64,000 bases of DNA from positions 672,001-736,000 of the forward strand of contig CAVYQE010000001.1 of assembly GCA_963770565.1 (NCBI GenBank), read 5' to 3'. The notes beneath the pieces are model-generated. The model saw only the letters and a program-made list of their open reading frames with translations. It was not told where the DNA came from and did not search any database. Shown here piece after piece: positions 14,988-26,740 of the stretch; the stretch's first letter is position 1; each line of letters begins with the position of its first letter. The position numbers and the translations under genes were made by a program. This stretch comes from an uncultured Actinomycetota bacterium (GTDB taxonomy: Bacteria > Actinomycetota > Actinomycetes > JAFAQI01).

Positions 14988-16181
14988 GTGGCTAAGGCCA
15001 AGTTCCAGCGGACCAAGCCGCACGTCAACATCGGCACCATCGGGCACATCGACCATGGCAAGACGACGCTGACAGCCGCCATCACCAAGGTCCTGCACGA
15101 CAAGTACCCGACGCTCAACGAGGTGTCGGCGTTCGACCAGATCGACAAGGCACCCGAGGAGCGCGAGCGCGGCATCACGATCTCGATCGCGCACGTCGAG
15201 TACCAGACCGAGAAGCGGCACTACGCGCACGTCGACTGCCCGGGTCACGCCGACTACATCAAGAACATGATCACCGGCGCGGCTCAGATGGACGGCGCGA
15301 TCCTGGTGGTCGCAGCGACCGATGGCCCGATGCCGCAGACCCGTGAGCACGTGCTGCTCGCCCGTCAGGTCGGTGTCCCCTACATCGTCGTCGCGCTCAA
15401 CAAGGCCGACATGGTCGACGACGAGGAGATCCTCGAGCTCGTCGAGCTCGAGGTCCGCGAGCTGCTGTCGTCGCAGGAGTACCCCGGCGACGACCTGCCC
15501 GTGGTCCGCGTGTCCGCACTCAAGGCACTCGAGGGCGACGCGGAGTGGGGCGCGAAGGTGCTCGAGCTCATGGACGCCGTGGACAACTTCGTCCCGGAGC
15601 CGGTCCGCGAGATCGAGAAGCCCTTCCTCATGCCGATCGAGGACGTCTTCACGATCACCGGTCGTGGCACCGTCGTCACCGGCCGGATCGAGCGCGGCAT
15701 CGTCAAGGTCAACGAGACCGTCGACATCGTCGGGATCAAGGAAGAGAAGCAGTCGACCACGGTCACCGGCGTCGAGATGTTCCGCAAGCTGCTCGACGAG
15801 GGTCAGGCCGGCGAGAACGTCGGGTTGCTGCTTCGTGGCATCAAGCGCGAGGACGTCGAGCGCGGCCAGGTCGTCATCAAGCCCGGTACGACGACCCCGC
15901 ACACCGACTTCGAGGCCCAGGTCTACATCCTGAGCAAGGAAGAAGGCGGACGGCACACCCCGTTCTTCAACAACTACCGGCCGCAGTTCTACTTCCGCAC
16001 CACGGACGTCACCGGCGTCGTCACGCTGCCCGAGGGCACCGAGATGGTCATGCCGGGCGACAACACCGAGATGTCGGTCGAACTGATCCAGCCGATCGCG
16101 ATGGAAGACGGCCTGCGGTTCGCCATCCGTGAGGGTGGCCGCACCGTGGGTGCCGGTCGAGTCACCAAGATCGCCAAGTAG
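14988..16181 (+). CDS. tuf: Elongation factor Tu
   Basis: [24 protein letters not shown]. Confidence 0.99.
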   Translation: MAKAKFQRTKPHVNIGTIGHIDHGKTTLTAAITKVLHDKYPTLNEVSAFDQIDKAPEERERGITISIAHVEYQTEKRHYAHVDCPGHADYIKNMITGAAQMDGAILVVAATDGPMPQTREHVLLARQVGVPYIVVALNKADMVDDEEILELVELEVRELLSSQEYPGDDLPVVRVSALKALEGDAEWGAKVLELMDAVDNFVPEPVREIEKPFLMPIEDVFTITGRGTVVTGRIERGIVKVNETVDIVGIKEEKQSTTVTGVEMFRKLLDEGQAGENVGLLLRGIKREDVERGQVVIKPGTTTPHTDFEAQVYILSKEEGGRHTPFFNNYRPQFYFRTTDVTGVVTLPEGTEMVMPGDNTEMSVELIQPIAMEDGLRFAIREGGRTVGAGRVTKIAK

Positions 16182-16188
16182 TGATGAG

Positions 16189-16216
16189 GCGGCGGCTGGT
16201 TCGTTCCAGCCGCCGC
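16189..16216 (+). terminator. Hairpin after tuf
   Basis: gcggcggctgg-ttcgtt-ccagccgccgc, 11-bp stem, no U tract. Confidence 0.5.
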
Positions 16217-16257
16217 AACAAGGCAAGGCGTTAGACAGCAGCGGACCTGGTTTTTTC

Positions 16258-16303
16258 GGGGTCCCCGCGGAGTCGTGAGCGTAGCGAGCGGCTTCGTGGG
16301 GCA
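16258..16303 (+). repeat. GNA-loop hairpin element, copy B
   Basis: ccccgcggagtcg-tgagcgtagcgag-cggcttcgtgggg. Confidence 0.85.
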
Positions 16304-16323
16304 AAGAGAATGTGACGGTAGCG

Positions 16324-16632
16324 ATGGCGGGACAGAAGATCCGCATCCGGCTCAAGGCCTACGACCACGAGATCATCGACTCCTCGGCGCGCAAGATCGT
16401 CGAGACGGTGACTCGCACCGGCGCGCAGGTCGCGGGCCCGGTGCCGCTGCCCACGGAGAAGAACGTCTACTGCGTCATTCGCTCGCCGCACAAGTACAAG
16501 GACTCCCGCGAGCACTTCGAGATGCGCACGCACAAGCGCCTGATCGACATCCTCGACCCCACGCCGAAGACGGTCGACTCACTCATGCGGCTCGACCTCC
16601 CGGCCGGCGTCGACATCGAAATCAAGCTGTGA
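16324..16632 (+). CDS. rpsJ: 30S ribosomal protein S10
   Basis: [21 protein letters not shown]. Confidence 0.99.
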   Translation: MAGQKIRIRLKAYDHEIIDSSARKIVETVTRTGAQVAGPVPLPTEKNVYCVIRSPHKYKDSREHFEMRTHKRLIDILDPTPKTVDSLMRLDLPAGVDIEIKL

Positions 16633-16642
16633 GGACTGCACG

Positions 16643-17308
16643 ATGAACCGCGAACGAAAGGGAATCCTGGGCGAGAAGCTCGGGATGACCCAGGTCTGGG
16701 ACGAGGCGAACCGCCTCGTGCCGGTCACCGTCGTCAAGGCCGGACCCTGTGTCGTCACACTGGTGCGCCGCCCCGAGACCGATGGGTACGACGCGATCCA
16801 GCTCGGCTTCGGCGCGATCGACCCCCGCAAGGTCAACAAGCCCCTGGCCGGCCACTTCGGCAAGGCTGGCGTCCCACCCCGTCGGCACCTGGTCGAGCTG
16901 CGCACCGCGGATGCCTCGTCGTACGAGCTCGGCCAGGAGGTGACGGCCGACGTGTTCGAGCCGGGCACCCTGGTCGACGTCGTCGCGACCAGCAAGGGCA
17001 AGGGTTTCGCCGGCGTCATGAAGCGGCACGGCTTCAGCGGTCTCGGCGCCGGGCACGGCGTGCAGCGCAAGCACCGCTCGCCGGGTTCGATCGGCGGCTG
17101 CGCGACGCCGGGCCGGGTGTTCAAGGGCATGAAGATGGCCGGCCGCCACGGCGGCGAGCGCACCACGACGCTCAACCTGCGGGTCCACTCGGTAGACGCC
17201 GAGCAGGGCGTGCTGTTGATCAAGGGCGCTATTCCCGGCCCGACCGGCTCGCTGGTCCTCGTCCGCAGCGCGGCCAAGGTCCCGGCCATACGGGGCGGTG
17301 CCCGCTGA
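16643..17308 (+). CDS. rplC: 50S ribosomal protein L3
   Basis: [22 protein letters not shown]. Confidence 0.99.
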   Translation: MNRERKGILGEKLGMTQVWDEANRLVPVTVVKAGPCVVTLVRRPETDGYDAIQLGFGAIDPRKVNKPLAGHFGKAGVPPRRHLVELRTADASSYELGQEVTADVFEPGTLVDVVATSKGKGFAGVMKRHGFSGLGAGHGVQRKHRSPGSIGGCATPGRVFKGMKMAGRHGGERTTTLNLRVHSVDAEQGVLLIKGAIPGPTGSLVLVRSAAKVPAIRGGAR

Positions 17309-18240
17309 TGCCTACCGTCGAGGTCCAGTCGCCGTCCGGCGACGTCGCCGGCACGATCGAGTTGCCGGAGGCGTTGTTCGACGTCGACGTCAACATCCCG
17401 CTCGTCCACCAGGTGGTGGTGGCTCAGCTCGCGGCCGCCCGCCAGGGCACGCACGACACCAAGAACCGCGGCGAGGTGCGCGGCGGTGGCCGCAAGCCCT
17501 ACCGCCAGAAGGGGACCGGCCGGGCCCGTCAGGGATCGACCCGCGCCCCGCAGTTCGTCGGTGGCGGCGTGGTCCATGGCCCGACGCCGCGGTCCTACGC
17601 GCAGCGCACCCCGAAGAAGATGAAGGCGGCTGCGCTCCGCTCCGCGCTGTCCGACCGCGCCCGCGGCGGCCGGCTGCACGTCGTGTCCGCCCTGCTCGAA
17701 GGCGAGACACCCTCGACGAAGCAGGCCGCGGCCGCGCTCGCAAACATCGCTGACAGCCGGCACGTGCTGGTCGTCGTCAACCGCAGCGACACGCTGACGT
17801 GGAAGAGCCTGCGCAACGTCGAGACGGTGCACCTGATCGCCCCCGACCAGCTCAACACCTACGACGTGCTGGTCAGCGACGACGTGGTGTTCACCGAGGG
17901 CGCGCTTGCGACCTTCGTCGCGGGCGGCAAGGCGATCGGCGAGGCGGTCGACCTGCTCGCGGTCACCCCGTCGGCCAAGAAGGCCCCGGCGAAGAAGGCG
18001 GCCGCCAAGAAGGCCGCCGACGCCGAGCCCGCTGCCGAACCGGCGACTGAGGCTGCTGAGGCCGCCGCCGAGCCGGCCAAGAAGGCCCCGGCGAAGAAGG
18101 CACCTGCCAAGAAGGCCGCCGACGCGGAGCCGGCCGCCAAGAAGGCGGCGCCGGCCAAGAAGGCGGCTGCCAAGAAGGCCGTCGCGGCTGACGACTCGGC
18201 CGACGACGACGGCGTACCGACCGAGGAGGTGTCGGAGTGA
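17308..18240 (+). CDS. rplD: 50S ribosomal protein L4 with Ala/Lys/Pro-rich C-terminal extension
   Basis: [12 protein letters not shown]; PAKKA repeats after about residue 220. Confidence 0.98.
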   Translation: MPTVEVQSPSGDVAGTIELPEALFDVDVNIPLVHQVVVAQLAAARQGTHDTKNRGEVRGGGRKPYRQKGTGRARQGSTRAPQFVGGGVVHGPTPRSYAQRTPKKMKAAALRSALSDRARGGRLHVVSALLEGETPSTKQAAAALANIADSRHVLVVVNRSDTLTWKSLRNVETVHLIAPDQLNTYDVLVSDDVVFTEGALATFVAGGKAIGEAVDLLAVTPSAKKAPAKKAAAKKAADAEPAAEPATEAAEAAAEPAKKAPAKKAPAKKAADAEPAAKKAAPAKKAAAKKAVAADDSADDDGVPTEEVSE

Positions 18241-18536
18241 GCACGATTCCTGACCCGCGCGACGTCCTGCTCGGACCGGTCATCTCCGAGAAGAGCTACG
18301 GCCTGCTCGACGAGGGCAAGTACACCTTCCTCGTGCGCCCCGACGCCAACAAGACCCAGATCCGGATCGCCGTTGAGCAGGTCTTCAACGTCGGCGTGGT
18401 CTCGGTCAACACCTTGAACCGCCCGGGCAAGCGCAAGCGCACCCGCAACGGCTACGGCGTGCGCAACGGCAGCAAGCGCGCCGTCGTGTCCTTGCGACCC
18501 GGCGACCGCATCGACTTGTTCGGAGGTCCGGTCTAA
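18237..18536 (+). CDS. rplW: 50S ribosomal protein L23
   Basis: [12 protein letters not shown]...ANKTQI. Confidence 0.98.
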   Translation: MSTIPDPRDVLLGPVISEKSYGLLDEGKYTFLVRPDANKTQIRIAVEQVFNVGVVSVNTLNRPGKRKRTRNGYGVRNGSKRAVVSLRPGDRIDLFGGPV

Positions 18537-18537
18537 G

Positions 18538-18583
18538 TGCCTCACGAAACCGCTCGCTTCGCTCACGCTTCCGCGGGGACCCC
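18538..18583 (-). repeat. GNA-loop hairpin element, copy C
   Basis: Reverse complement ggggtccccgcggaagcg-tgagcgaagcgag-cggtttcgtgaggca, close to copy B. Confidence 0.85.
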
Positions 18584-18610
18584 GAAAACCCAGATTGCTG
18601 AGGCCTTCTA

Positions 18611-19447
18611 ATGGGCATTCGCAAGTACAAGCCGACTACGCCGGGACGGCGTGGCGCCAGCGTGGCGGACTTCGTCGAGGTCACCCGTTCGACGCCGGAG
18701 AAGTCGCTGGTCCGCCCGCTGCACGGCAAAGGCGGCCGCAACGTCCACGGCCGAGTCACGGTCCGCCACCAAGGTGGTGGTCACAAGCGCTCGTACCGCG
18801 TGATCGACTTCCGGCGCCACGACAAGGACGGCGTACCGGCCAAGGTCGCGCACATCGAGTACGACCCGAACCGCACCGCCCGGATCGCGTTGCTGCACTA
18901 CGCCGACGGCGAGAAGCGCTACATCATCGCGCCGGCCCGGCTCAACCAGGGCGACACGGTCGAGGCCGGTCCGTCCGCGGACATCAAGCCGGGCAACAAC
19001 CTGCCGCTGCGCAACATCCCGGTCGGCACGGTGGTGCACGCCATCGAGCTGCGGCCGGGTGGCGGGGCGAAGATCGCTCGCTCGGCCGGCGCCAGCGTCC
19101 AGCTGGTAGCCAAGGACGGCGGGATGGCGCAGCTGCGGATGCCCTCGGGGGAGATCCGCAACGTCGACGCCCGCTGCCGCGCCACGATCGGTGAGGTCGG
19201 CAACGCCGAGCAGTCCAACATCAACTGGGGCAAGGCCGGCCGGATGCGCTGGAAGGGCAAGCGCCCGACCGTACGCGGCGTTGCCATGAACCCGATCGAC
19301 CACCCGCATGGCGGTGGCGAAGGCAAGAGCTCAGGCGGCCGGCACCCGGTCAGCCCCTGGGGTCAGCCGGAAGGCCGTACTCGCCAGGCCCACAAGGACA
19401 GCGATCGCCTCATTGTCCGCCGCCGCAAGGCGACGAAGAGGCGCTAG
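18611..19447 (+). CDS. rplB: 50S ribosomal protein L2
   Basis: [19 protein letters not shown]. Confidence 0.99.
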   Translation: MGIRKYKPTTPGRRGASVADFVEVTRSTPEKSLVRPLHGKGGRNVHGRVTVRHQGGGHKRSYRVIDFRRHDKDGVPAKVAHIEYDPNRTARIALLHYADGEKRYIIAPARLNQGDTVEAGPSADIKPGNNLPLRNIPVGTVVHAIELRPGGGAKIARSAGASVQLVAKDGGMAQLRMPSGEIRNVDARCRATIGEVGNAEQSNINWGKAGRMRWKGKRPTVRGVAMNPIDHPHGGGEGKSSGGRHPVSPWGQPEGRTRQAHKDSDRLIVRRRKATKRR

Positions 19448-19457
19448 GAGCTTATTG

Positions 19458-19739
19458 ATGCCGCGCAGTTTGAAGAAGGGTCCCTTCGTCGACGACCACC
19501 TGATCAAGAAGGTGGACGTGCAGAACGACAAGGGCACCAAAAACGTGATCAAGACCTGGTCGCGACGGTCGATGATCGTGCCGTCGATGCTGGGTCACAC
19601 CATCGCGGTCCACGACGGGCGCAAGCACGTTCCGGTGTTCGTCACCGAGGCGATGGTCGGCCACAAGCTCGGCGAGTTCGCGCCGACCCGTACTTTCCGC
19701 GGCCACATCAAGGACGAGCGGAGGGCGCGGCGTGCCTGA
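19458..19739 (+). CDS. rpsS: 30S ribosomal protein S19
   Basis: [21 protein letters not shown]. Confidence 0.99.
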   Translation: MPRSLKKGPFVDDHLIKKVDVQNDKGTKNVIKTWSRRSMIVPSMLGHTIAVHDGRKHVPVFVTEAMVGHKLGEFAPTRTFRGHIKDERRARRA

Positions 19740-20367
19740 CACCGATGAGGGCGCGACCACGGAGCCCGAAGTGACCACCGAGGTCGAGTCCACGACCGCC
19801 GAGGCGCAGACCACGGCCGAGCCGGCCAAGCCGCAGAAGCGGGCGGCCCGGGCGCGCAAGTCTGCCGAGTCGCCGGCCGCCGAGCCGGCGGCAACCGGCC
19901 GGACTGCGACCGCCACGGCGACCAAGACTGCTCCGCCACGTCGGCCGGTCCACGAGAACATCTACGACGAGGACATCGTCGGGCGCGCCACCGCGCGCTA
20001 CATCCGGATGACCCCGACCAAGGTGCGTCGCGTGGTCGACCTGGTGCGCGGCATGCCCGCCACCGACGCCCAGGCGATCATCAAGTTCGACCCGCACTCG
20101 GCCAGCGAGCCGGTCGGCAAGGTGCTCGACTCGGCGGTGGCGAACGCCGCCAACCTGGCGCACGTCCGCAACCAGCGGCTCGACCCGGAGGACCTGGTCA
20201 TCGTCGAGGCCTACGTCGACGACGGCCCGACCCTCAAGCGGTTCCGGCCGCGTGCGCAGGGCCGCGCCTACCGAATTCGCAAGCGAAGCAGCCACATCAC
20301 CATCGTCGTCGCGCCGGCACAGTCGGACGCCGCGATGTCGACGGGCTCGAGCAGGAAGGCCCACTGA
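19732..20367 (+). CDS. rplV: 50S ribosomal protein L22 with long N-terminal extension
   Basis: [31 protein letters not shown]; about 80-aa Thr/Ala/Glu-rich leader, GTG after GGAGG SD. Confidence 0.95.
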   Translation: MPDTDEGATTEPEVTTEVESTTAEAQTTAEPAKPQKRAARARKSAESPAAEPAATGRTATATATKTAPPRRPVHENIYDEDIVGRATARYIRMTPTKVRRVVDLVRGMPATDAQAIIKFDPHSASEPVGKVLDSAVANAANLAHVRNQRLDPEDLVIVEAYVDDGPTLKRFRPRAQGRAYRIRKRSSHITIVVAPAQSDAAMSTGSSRKAH

Positions 20368-21344
20368 TGGGTCAGAAGGTCAACCCGAACGGCTTCCGTC
20401 TCGGCATCACCACCCGGCACAAGAGCCGGTGGTACGCCGACAAGCTGTACCGGGACTACGTCAAGGAGGACGTCGCGATCCGGCGCCTGCTCACCAAGGG
20501 CATGGAGCGTGCCGGCATCAGCCGGGTCGAGATCGAGCGCACCCGCGACCGGGTGAACGTCGACATCCACACCGCGCGGCCGGGCATCGTGATCGGCCGC
20601 CGGGGCGCCGAGGCGGACCGGATCCGCGGCGACCTCGAGAAGCTCACGAACAAGCACGTCAACCTCAACATCCTCGAGGTGAAGAACCCCGAGATCGACG
20701 CACAGCTCGTCGCGCAGGGCGTCGCCGAGCAGCTGTCGAGCCGGGTCAGCTTCCGGCGGGCGATGCGCAAGGCGATGCAGTCGGCAATGAAGGGCGGCGC
20801 CAAGGGGATCCGGGTGCAGTGCGGTGGCCGCCTCGGCGGCGCCGAGATGAGCCGCTCGGAGTTCTACCGCGAAGGCCGCGTCCCGCTGCACACGCTGCGG
20901 GCGAACATCGACTTCGGCTTTTACGAGGCGCGAACGACCTTCGGCCGGATTGGCGTCAAGGTCTGGATCTACACCGGCGACGACGTCATGACCCGCGAGG
21001 AGCAGGCGGCGGCGGCCGCACTTCGGGCCCGCGACCAGCGCAACCGGCGCCCGCGCCGCGACCGGCCGTCCACCGCGGCCAGCGCCGCGGTCAACGGCCG
21101 GCTGGCCAGCCCGGCGGCCGAGGTTGCGGCACCTGAGCCGGTCGCCGAAACCCCCGCGCCGGCCGTCGAGACCACCGAGCCCGCAGTGCCTGAAGCCGCG
21201 GCACCCGAACCCGCAGCACCCGAAGCGGTCACGGAGCCGGTCGCGACGGAGGCTCCCGCTGACAGCGCGACGACCGCCGAGGCACCTGCTGCTCCGAGTG
21301 ACGCCGCGGACGCACCTTCCGAGCCGACGACGGAAGGAGCCTGA
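20367..21344 (+). CDS. rpsC: 30S ribosomal protein S3 with C-terminal extension
   Basis: [22 protein letters not shown]. Confidence 0.99.
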   Translation: MGQKVNPNGFRLGITTRHKSRWYADKLYRDYVKEDVAIRRLLTKGMERAGISRVEIERTRDRVNVDIHTARPGIVIGRRGAEADRIRGDLEKLTNKHVNLNILEVKNPEIDAQLVAQGVAEQLSSRVSFRRAMRKAMQSAMKGGAKGIRVQCGGRLGGAEMSRSEFYREGRVPLHTLRANIDFGFYEARTTFGRIGVKVWIYTGDDVMTREEQAAAAALRARDQRNRRPRRDRPSTAASAAVNGRLASPAAEVAAPEPVAETPAPAVETTEPAVPEAAAPEPAAPEAVTEPVATEAPADSATTAEAPAAPSDAADAPSEPTTEGA

Positions 21345-21346
21345 CC

Positions 21347-21766
21347 ATGTTGATCCCCCGACGGGTCAAGCACCGCAAGCAGCATCACCCCGGCCGCTCA
21401 GGGGCGGCCAAGGGTGGGACCCGGGTGGCCTTCGGCGAGTACGGCATCCAGGCGCTCGAGCCGGCGTACGTCACCAACCGGCAGATCGAGGCGGCCCGTA
21501 TTGCCATCACCCGGCATATCCGGCGTGGCGGCAAGGTGTGGATCAACATCTACCCTGACCGGCCGATCACGAAGAAGCCGGCCGAGACCCGGATGGGCTC
21601 CGGCAAGGGTTCGCCGGAGTGGTGGATCGCCAACGTCAAGCCGGGACGGGTGATGTTCGAGCTGTCCTACCCGAACGAGACGACCGCACGGGAGGCGCTG
21701 ACCCGCGCGATCCACAAGCTGCCGATGAAGTGCCGGATCGTGACTCGCGAAGTGGGTGAGGGCTGA
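21347..21766 (+). CDS. rplP: 50S ribosomal protein L16
   Basis: [12 protein letters not shown]. Confidence 0.99.
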   Translation: MLIPRRVKHRKQHHPGRSGAAKGGTRVAFGEYGIQALEPAYVTNRQIEAARIAITRHIRRGGKVWINIYPDRPITKKPAETRMGSGKGSPEWWIANVKPGRVMFELSYPNETTAREALTRAIHKLPMKCRIVTREVGEG

Positions 21767-21999
21767 TGGCTGCGGGGACACCGACCGTGGAGTTGCGCGG
21801 CCTCGAGGACGACGAGCTGGTGACCAAGCTCCGCGAGTCCAAGGAAGAGCTGTTCAACCTGCGTTTCCAGTCGGCCACCGGCCAGCTGGACAACAACAAG
21901 CGACTGCAGACGGTGCGTCACGACATCGCCCGCATCTACACCGTCATGCGCGAGCGCGAGCTCGGGTTGACTGCGGCCCCGATCAGCGACGCGGAGTGA
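21766..21999 (+). CDS. rpmC: 50S ribosomal protein L29
   Basis: [15 protein letters not shown]. Confidence 0.98.
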   Translation: MAAGTPTVELRGLEDDELVTKLRESKEELFNLRFQSATGQLDNNKRLQTVRHDIARIYTVMRERELGLTAAPISDAE

Positions 22000-22006
22000 G
22001 GACACG

Positions 22007-22291
22007 ATGACCGACACCACATCGACGCAGGGCGCGCCAGTGCGCGCGTTCCGCAAGACCCGCGAGGGCTACGTCGTCAGCGACAAGATGAACAAGACCG
22101 TCACGGTCGAGGTCGAGGACCGGGTTCTGCACGCCCGCTACGGCAAGACGATCCGCCGGACCAAGAAGATCAAGGCGCACGACGAGGCCAACGAGGTCGG
22201 TATCGGTGACCGCGTGTTGCTGATGGAGACCCGGCCGATGTCGGCCACCAAGCGCTGGCGCGTCGTACAGATCCTGGAGAAAGCAAAATGA
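22007..22291 (+). CDS. rpsQ: 30S ribosomal protein S17
   Basis: [22 protein letters not shown]. Confidence 0.98.
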   Translation: MTDTTSTQGAPVRAFRKTREGYVVSDKMNKTVTVEVEDRVLHARYGKTIRRTKKIKAHDEANEVGIGDRVLLMETRPMSATKRWRVVQILEKAK

Positions 22292-22659
22292 TCCAGCAGG
22301 AGTCCCGGCTTCGGGTCGCCGACAACACGGGTGCCAAGGAGATCTTGTGCATCCGGGTGCTCGGAGGCTCGGGTCGGCGCTACGCCGGCATCGGCGACAT
22401 CATCGTCGGTACGGTCAAGGACGCGTTGCCGGGCGCCGGGGTGAAGAAGGGCGACGTCGTCAAGGCGGTCATCGTCCGTACGACGAAAAGCCGGCGGCGT
22501 CCCGACGGCTCCTACATCAAGTTCGACGAGAACGCTGCCGTGCTGATCCGTGACGGCGGCGGCGAGCCGCGCGGCACGCGCATCTTCGGCCCGGTGGGCC
22601 GCGAGCTGCGCGACAAGCGCTTCATGCGGATCATCTCGCTGGCACCGGAGGTCTTGTAA
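22288..22659 (+). CDS. rplN: 50S ribosomal protein L14
   Basis: [16 protein letters not shown]. Confidence 0.99.
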   Translation: MIQQESRLRVADNTGAKEILCIRVLGGSGRRYAGIGDIIVGTVKDALPGAGVKKGDVVKAVIVRTTKSRRRPDGSYIKFDENAAVLIRDGGGEPRGTRIFGPVGRELRDKRFMRIISLAPEVL

Positions 22660-22662
22660 GTC

Positions 22663-22989
22663 ATGGCTGGATTGTTCGTGAAGAAGGGCGACACCGTCCT
22701 CGTGCGCAGCGGCAAGGACCGCGGCGCCCGCGGCAAGGTGCTGCTGACCTCGCCGCAAAGTCAGCGGGTCCTCGTCGAGGGTGTCAACCGGGTCAAGAAG
22801 CACACCAAGATCCAGACCACGACCCGTGGCGCGCAAGAAGGCGGCATCGTGCACCAGGAGGCCGCGATCCACGTCAGCAACGTGCAGGTCATCTGCCCGA
22901 CCTGCGGGAAGCCGACCCGAATCGGTCACCGTAAGAACAGTGAAGGCCGCAACGTCCGCGTCTGCCGCAAGTGCGACGCGGAGCTGTAG
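22663..22989 (+). CDS. rplX: 50S ribosomal protein L24 (two CxxC)
   Basis: KKGDTV..GKDRG, IHVSNV, CPTC...CRKC. Confidence 0.98.
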   Translation: MAGLFVKKGDTVLVRSGKDRGARGKVLLTSPQSQRVLVEGVNRVKKHTKIQTTTRGAQEGGIVHQEAAIHVSNVQVICPTCGKPTRIGHRKNSEGRNVRVCRKCDAEL

Positions 22990-23007
22990 GCCAGGGAGCG
23001 CATCGAA

Positions 23008-23580
23008 ATGACAGTGACCACCACAGAGACGAACACGGTCCCGCGGCTCAAGCAGCGCTACCGCGACGAGATCCTGCCCGCGCTGCGCGAGCAGTTCACC
23101 TACGCCAATGTCATGCAGGTCCCGACGCTGGTGAAGGTGAAGGTCAACATGGGCGTCGGCGAGGCGGCCCGTGACGGCAAGCTCATCGAAGGCGCGATCC
23201 GTGACCTGACCGCGATCACCGGCCAGCGTCCGGCGATCGCCCGCGCGCGGCTGTCGATCGCCCAGTTCAAGCTGCGCGAGGGCATGCCGATCGGCGCGCA
23301 CGTCACGCTGCGCGGAGACCGGATGTGGGAGTTCGTGGACCGGCTGCTTACCACCGCGCTTCCCCGGATCCGCGACTTCCGTGGCCTTGACGCGCGCAAG
23401 CTCGATGGCAACGGCAACTACACCTTCGGTCTGACCGAGCAGTCGATGTTCCACGAGATCGACCCCGACTCGATCGACCGGGTCCGTGGCATGGACATCA
23501 CGCTGGTCACCACGGCACATACCGACGACGAGGGTCGCGCACTGCTGCGTGCTCTCGGATTCCCCTTCAAGGAGGCCTGA
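23008..23580 (+). CDS. rplE: 50S ribosomal protein L5
   Basis: [15 protein letters not shown]. Confidence 0.99.
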   Translation: MTVTTTETNTVPRLKQRYRDEILPALREQFTYANVMQVPTLVKVKVNMGVGEAARDGKLIEGAIRDLTAITGQRPAIARARLSIAQFKLREGMPIGAHVTLRGDRMWEFVDRLLTTALPRIRDFRGLDARKLDGNGNYTFGLTEQSMFHEIDPDSIDRVRGMDITLVTTAHTDDEGRALLRALGFPFKEA

Positions 23581-23583
23581 TCC

Positions 23584-23769
23584 ATGGCGACGAAGGCGTG
23601 GATCGCGAAAGCGGCCCGCAAGCCCAAGTACGCCGTACGCGGCTACACCCGCTGCTCGCGCTGCGGACGATCGCGCGCGGTCTACCGGACCTTCGGCCTG
23701 TGCCGGATCTGCATGCGCGAGATGGCGCACGCAGGCGAGCTGCCCGGTATCACCAAGAGTTCTTGGTGA
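23584..23769 (+). CDS. rpsN: 30S ribosomal protein S14 type Z
   Basis: RCSRCGR...LCRIC, 61 aa. Confidence 0.98.
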   Translation: MATKAWIAKAARKPKYAVRGYTRCSRCGRSRAVYRTFGLCRICMREMAHAGELPGITKSSW

Positions 23770-23772
23770 ATA

Positions 23773-23814
23773 CCCCACCACGTTGCTCGCTGCGCTCACA
23801 ACGCGGCGTGCACC
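23773..23814 (-). repeat. GNA-loop hairpin element, copy F
   Basis: Reverse complement cgcgttg-tgagcgcagcgag-caacgtggtgggg. Confidence 0.75.
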
Positions 23815-23881
23815 TCGAAAACCCGATCTTCGACGCAGGCCCGGCAGGCGCCGGGAACCACGGCGGGAAGGACATCACCGC

Positions 23882-24298
23882 ATGACCATGACCGACCCCA
23901 TCGCAGACATGCTGACCCGGCTGCGAAACGCGAACTCGGCCTATCACGACACCGTCGCGATGCCGCACTCGACGCTGAAGGTCCACATCGCGGAGATCCT
24001 CCAGCAGGAGGGCTACATCTCCTCGTGGCAGGTCCTCGAGCCGACCGAAGAGGTCAAGGGCGCACCCGGCAAGACGCTGATCGTCACGCTGAAGTTCGGC
24101 CCTAACCGCGAGCGCTCGATCGCAGGTGTGCGTCGGATCAGCAAGCCGGGTCTGCGGGTCTACGCGAAGGCCACCAACCTGCCCAAGGTCCTCGGCGGGC
24201 TCGGCGTCGCGATCATCTCGACGTCCGCAGGCCTGCGGACCGACCGGCAGTGTTCGAAACAGGGCGTAGGCGGGGAAGTCCTCGCCTACATCTGGTGA
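23882..24298 (+). CDS. rpsH: 30S ribosomal protein S8
   Basis: [30 protein letters not shown]. Confidence 0.99.
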   Translation: MTMTDPIADMLTRLRNANSAYHDTVAMPHSTLKVHIAEILQQEGYISSWQVLEPTEEVKGAPGKTLIVTLKFGPNRERSIAGVRRISKPGLRVYAKATNLPKVLGGLGVAIISTSAGLRTDRQCSKQGVGGEVLAYIW

Positions 24299-24311
24299 CG
24301 GGAGGTTTGAC

Positions 24312-24848
24312 ATGAGCCGAATCGGCAGAATGCCGATCCCCGTGCCAGCAGGGGTCGAGGTCACGATCGACGGTCGTGACGTGACCGTGAAGGGCCCGAA
24401 GGGCACCTTGTCCCACTCGGTCGTCGAGCCGATCACGGTCGAGGCAAACGACGGCGCGCTGATCGTGGCCCGTCCCGACGACGAGCGCGACAGCAAGGCC
24501 AGGCATGGCCTGACCCGCACGCTGGTCGCCAACATGGTCATCGGCGTGACCGAGGGCTACTCCAAGACCCTCGAGATCGTCGGCACGGGCTACCGCGTAC
24601 AGGCCAGGGGTAGTGACCTGGAGTTCGCGCTCGGGTTCAGCCACCCGGTCACCGTGGTCGCGCCCGACGGCATCACCTTCGCGGTCGAGGCACCGACCCG
24701 GTTCGTCGTTTCGGGCATCGACAAGCAGAAGGTCGGCGAGACGGCCGCCAACATTCGCAAGATTCGCAAGCCCGAGCCGTACAAGGGCAAGGGCGTGCGC
24801 TACTCGGGCGAGGTCGTCCGACGCAAGGCCGGAAAGGCAGGGAAGTAG
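24312..24848 (+). CDS. rplF: 50S ribosomal protein L6
   Basis: [13 protein letters not shown]. Confidence 0.99.
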   Translation: MSRIGRMPIPVPAGVEVTIDGRDVTVKGPKGTLSHSVVEPITVEANDGALIVARPDDERDSKARHGLTRTLVANMVIGVTEGYSKTLEIVGTGYRVQARGSDLEFALGFSHPVTVVAPDGITFAVEAPTRFVVSGIDKQKVGETAANIRKIRKPEPYKGKGVRYSGEVVRRKAGKAGK

Positions 24849-24850
24849 CC

Positions 24851-25369
24851 ATGAGTGCGCCGAGGACATCGCGGTTGCGCCGTACTGCGCGCAGCCGTCG
24901 GCACCTGCGGGTGCGCAAGAAGGTCACCGGTACGCCGGCCCGGCCGCGCATGGTCGTCACCCGTTCTGCCCGCCACATCTACGTGCAGGTCGTCGATGAC
25001 ACCGCCAGTCACACCCTGGTGGCGGCATCGACGCTCGACTCCGGCATCCGGGACGCCGCCGGGGACAAGAAGGCCAAGGCCGCGAAGGTCGGCAAGCTGC
25101 TTGCCGAGCGGGCCGGCCAGGCCGGAATCGGCAAGGTCGTCTTCGACCGAGGTGGCAACCGCTACCACGGCCGGATCGCGGCGCTGGCCGATGCAGCTCG
25201 AGAGGCCGGCCTTGAGTTCAGATATCCCCACGAAAGCGCTCCGCTGCGCTCAACGCTTCCGCGGGGGCCCCGGAAAGAGAGTCCCCACGAAAGCGCTCCG
25301 CTGCGCTCCACGCTTCCGCGGGGGCCCCAACCAGAGAGTCAGACGATGAAGCTTGGAAGGAAGAGCTAA
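24851..25369 (+). CDS. rplR: 50S ribosomal protein L18, frame extended through two repeat copies
   Basis: FDRGG..YHGRI...AREAGLEF (ends 25219), then about 49 extra codons. Confidence 0.93.
   Translation: MSAPRTSRLRRTARSRRHLRVRKKVTGTPARPRMVVTRSARHIYVQVVDDTASHTLVAASTLDSGIRDAAGDKKAKAAKVGKLLAERAGQAGIGKVVFDRGGNRYHGRIAALADAAREAGLEFRYPHESAPLRSTLPRGPRKESPHESAPLRSTLPRGPQPESQTMKLGRKS
25226..25328 (-). repeat. GNA-loop hairpin element, tandem copies D and E
   Basis: ccccacgaaagcgctccgctgcgctc(a/c)acgcttccgcgggggcccc at 25226 and 25283 (57-bp period). Confidence 0.9.
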
Positions 25370-25995
25370 TGCCAGGAGCCCAACGACGCGGGACCGGTGC
25401 CGGTGGCGCTGCCGGCGGTAGCGGCGGCGATCGGCAGGGCCGTCGCGAGGGTGGCGGCCGGGGTGCCGGTGGCGCTGCGGCTTCGGCGTACCTCGAGCGA
25501 GTGGTCGCGATCAACCGGGTTGCCAAGGTGGTCAAGGGCGGCCGGCGGTTCAGCTTCACCGCGCTGGTGATCGTCGGCGACGGCGATGGTCAGGTCGGGG
25601 TCGGCTACGGCAAGGCCAAGGAGGTGCCCGCGGCGATTGCCAAGGGCGTCGAGGAGGCCAAGAAGCACTTCTTCTCCGTCCCCCGGATCCAGGGCACGAT
25701 CCCGCATCCGGTCCAGGGCGAGGCGGCCGCGGGCGTGGTCCTGCTCAAGCCGGCTTCGCCGGGTACCGGCGTCATCGCCGGCGGCCCGGTGCGCGCCGTG
25801 CTGGAGTGCGCGGGGATCCACGACGTGCTGTCCAAGTCGCTCGGGTCGTCCAACCCGATCAACATCGTGCACGCGACCGTGGCCGCACTGAAGGACCTGT
25901 ACCGTCCCGAGGAGATCGCGGCCCGCCGGGGCCTGCCGATCGAGGATGTCGCCCCGGCAGCGATGCTGCGGGCCCGCGCGGCGGCGAGTGTGTGA
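25369..25995 (+). CDS. rpsE: 30S ribosomal protein S5
   Basis: [22 protein letters not shown]. Confidence 0.99.
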   Translation: MPGAQRRGTGAGGAAGGSGGDRQGRREGGGRGAGGAAASAYLERVVAINRVAKVVKGGRRFSFTALVIVGDGDGQVGVGYGKAKEVPAAIAKGVEEAKKHFFSVPRIQGTIPHPVQGEAAAGVVLLKPASPGTGVIAGGPVRAVLECAGIHDVLSKSLGSSNPINIVHATVAALKDLYRPEEIAARRGLPIEDVAPAAMLRARAAASV

Positions 25996-26177
25996 TGCCG
26001 CGCCTGAAGATCACCCAGACCCGGTCGCCGATCGGGGGGACGCGCAACCAGCGCGACACCCTCCGCTCGCTCGGCCTCAAGCGCATGCGCGATACCGCGG
26101 TGCAGGAGGACCGGCCCGAGATCCGCGGCATGGTCCGAGCCATCGCACACCTCGTCACGGTCGAGGAGGTCGATTGA
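25995..26177 (+). CDS. rpmD: 50S ribosomal protein L30
   Basis: [17 protein letters not shown]. Confidence 0.97.
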   Translation: MPRLKITQTRSPIGGTRNQRDTLRSLGLKRMRDTAVQEDRPEIRGMVRAIAHLVTVEEVD

Positions 26178-26178
26178 G

Positions 26179-26619
26179 ATGACGTTGAAGGTCCATCACC
26201 TGCGCCCGGCCGACGGTGCGCACAAGCCCAAGCAGCGGCTCGGCCGTGGCGAGGGCTCCAAAGGCAAAACCGCAGGTCGGGGCACTAAAGGCAGCAAGGC
26301 GCGGACCCAGGTGTCGGCGGCGTTCGAGGGCGGCCAGATGCCGTACCACATGCGGGTGCCGAAGCTGAAGGGCTTCACCAACCCCAACCGCGTGGTCTAC
26401 CAGGTCGTCAATCTCGACCGCCTGTCGGCGCTGTTCCCGGACGGTGGCGAGGTCGATCCGGACGTGTTGGCCGATCGGGGGGCCGTGCGCAAGGGACAGC
26501 TGGTGAAGATCCTCGGAACAGGAGATGTCGCGAGCGCGATGTCGGTGCGGGCACACGCTTTCTCCGACGCCGCGCGACGCAAGATCGCCGCTGCCGGGGG
26601 GACTACCACAGACCTGTAG
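26179..26619 (+). CDS. rplO: 50S ribosomal protein L15
   Basis: [21 protein letters not shown]. Confidence 0.98.
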   Translation: MTLKVHHLRPADGAHKPKQRLGRGEGSKGKTAGRGTKGSKARTQVSAAFEGGQMPYHMRVPKLKGFTNPNRVVYQVVNLDRLSALFPDGGEVDPDVLADRGAVRKGQLVKILGTGDVASAMSVRAHAFSDAARRKIAAAGGTTTDL

Positions 26620-26740
26620 GTCCCCGGGCGCGCGCTCGTCCGAGCGCGTGGCCGGGGTACAGTCGGCGGGCATGAATGTGGTCGCCGGACCCCCATCGAC
26701 CGCTCGCCCCGTACCGGATTAGTCCGCCTCAGGAGGAGCC

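Noticed and set aside
26628-26650. Hairpins at rplO-secY, 30254-30278, 34550-34643 and 36691-36717
   Set aside because: Single GC-rich stems consistent with ordinary terminators or leaders; no further evidence
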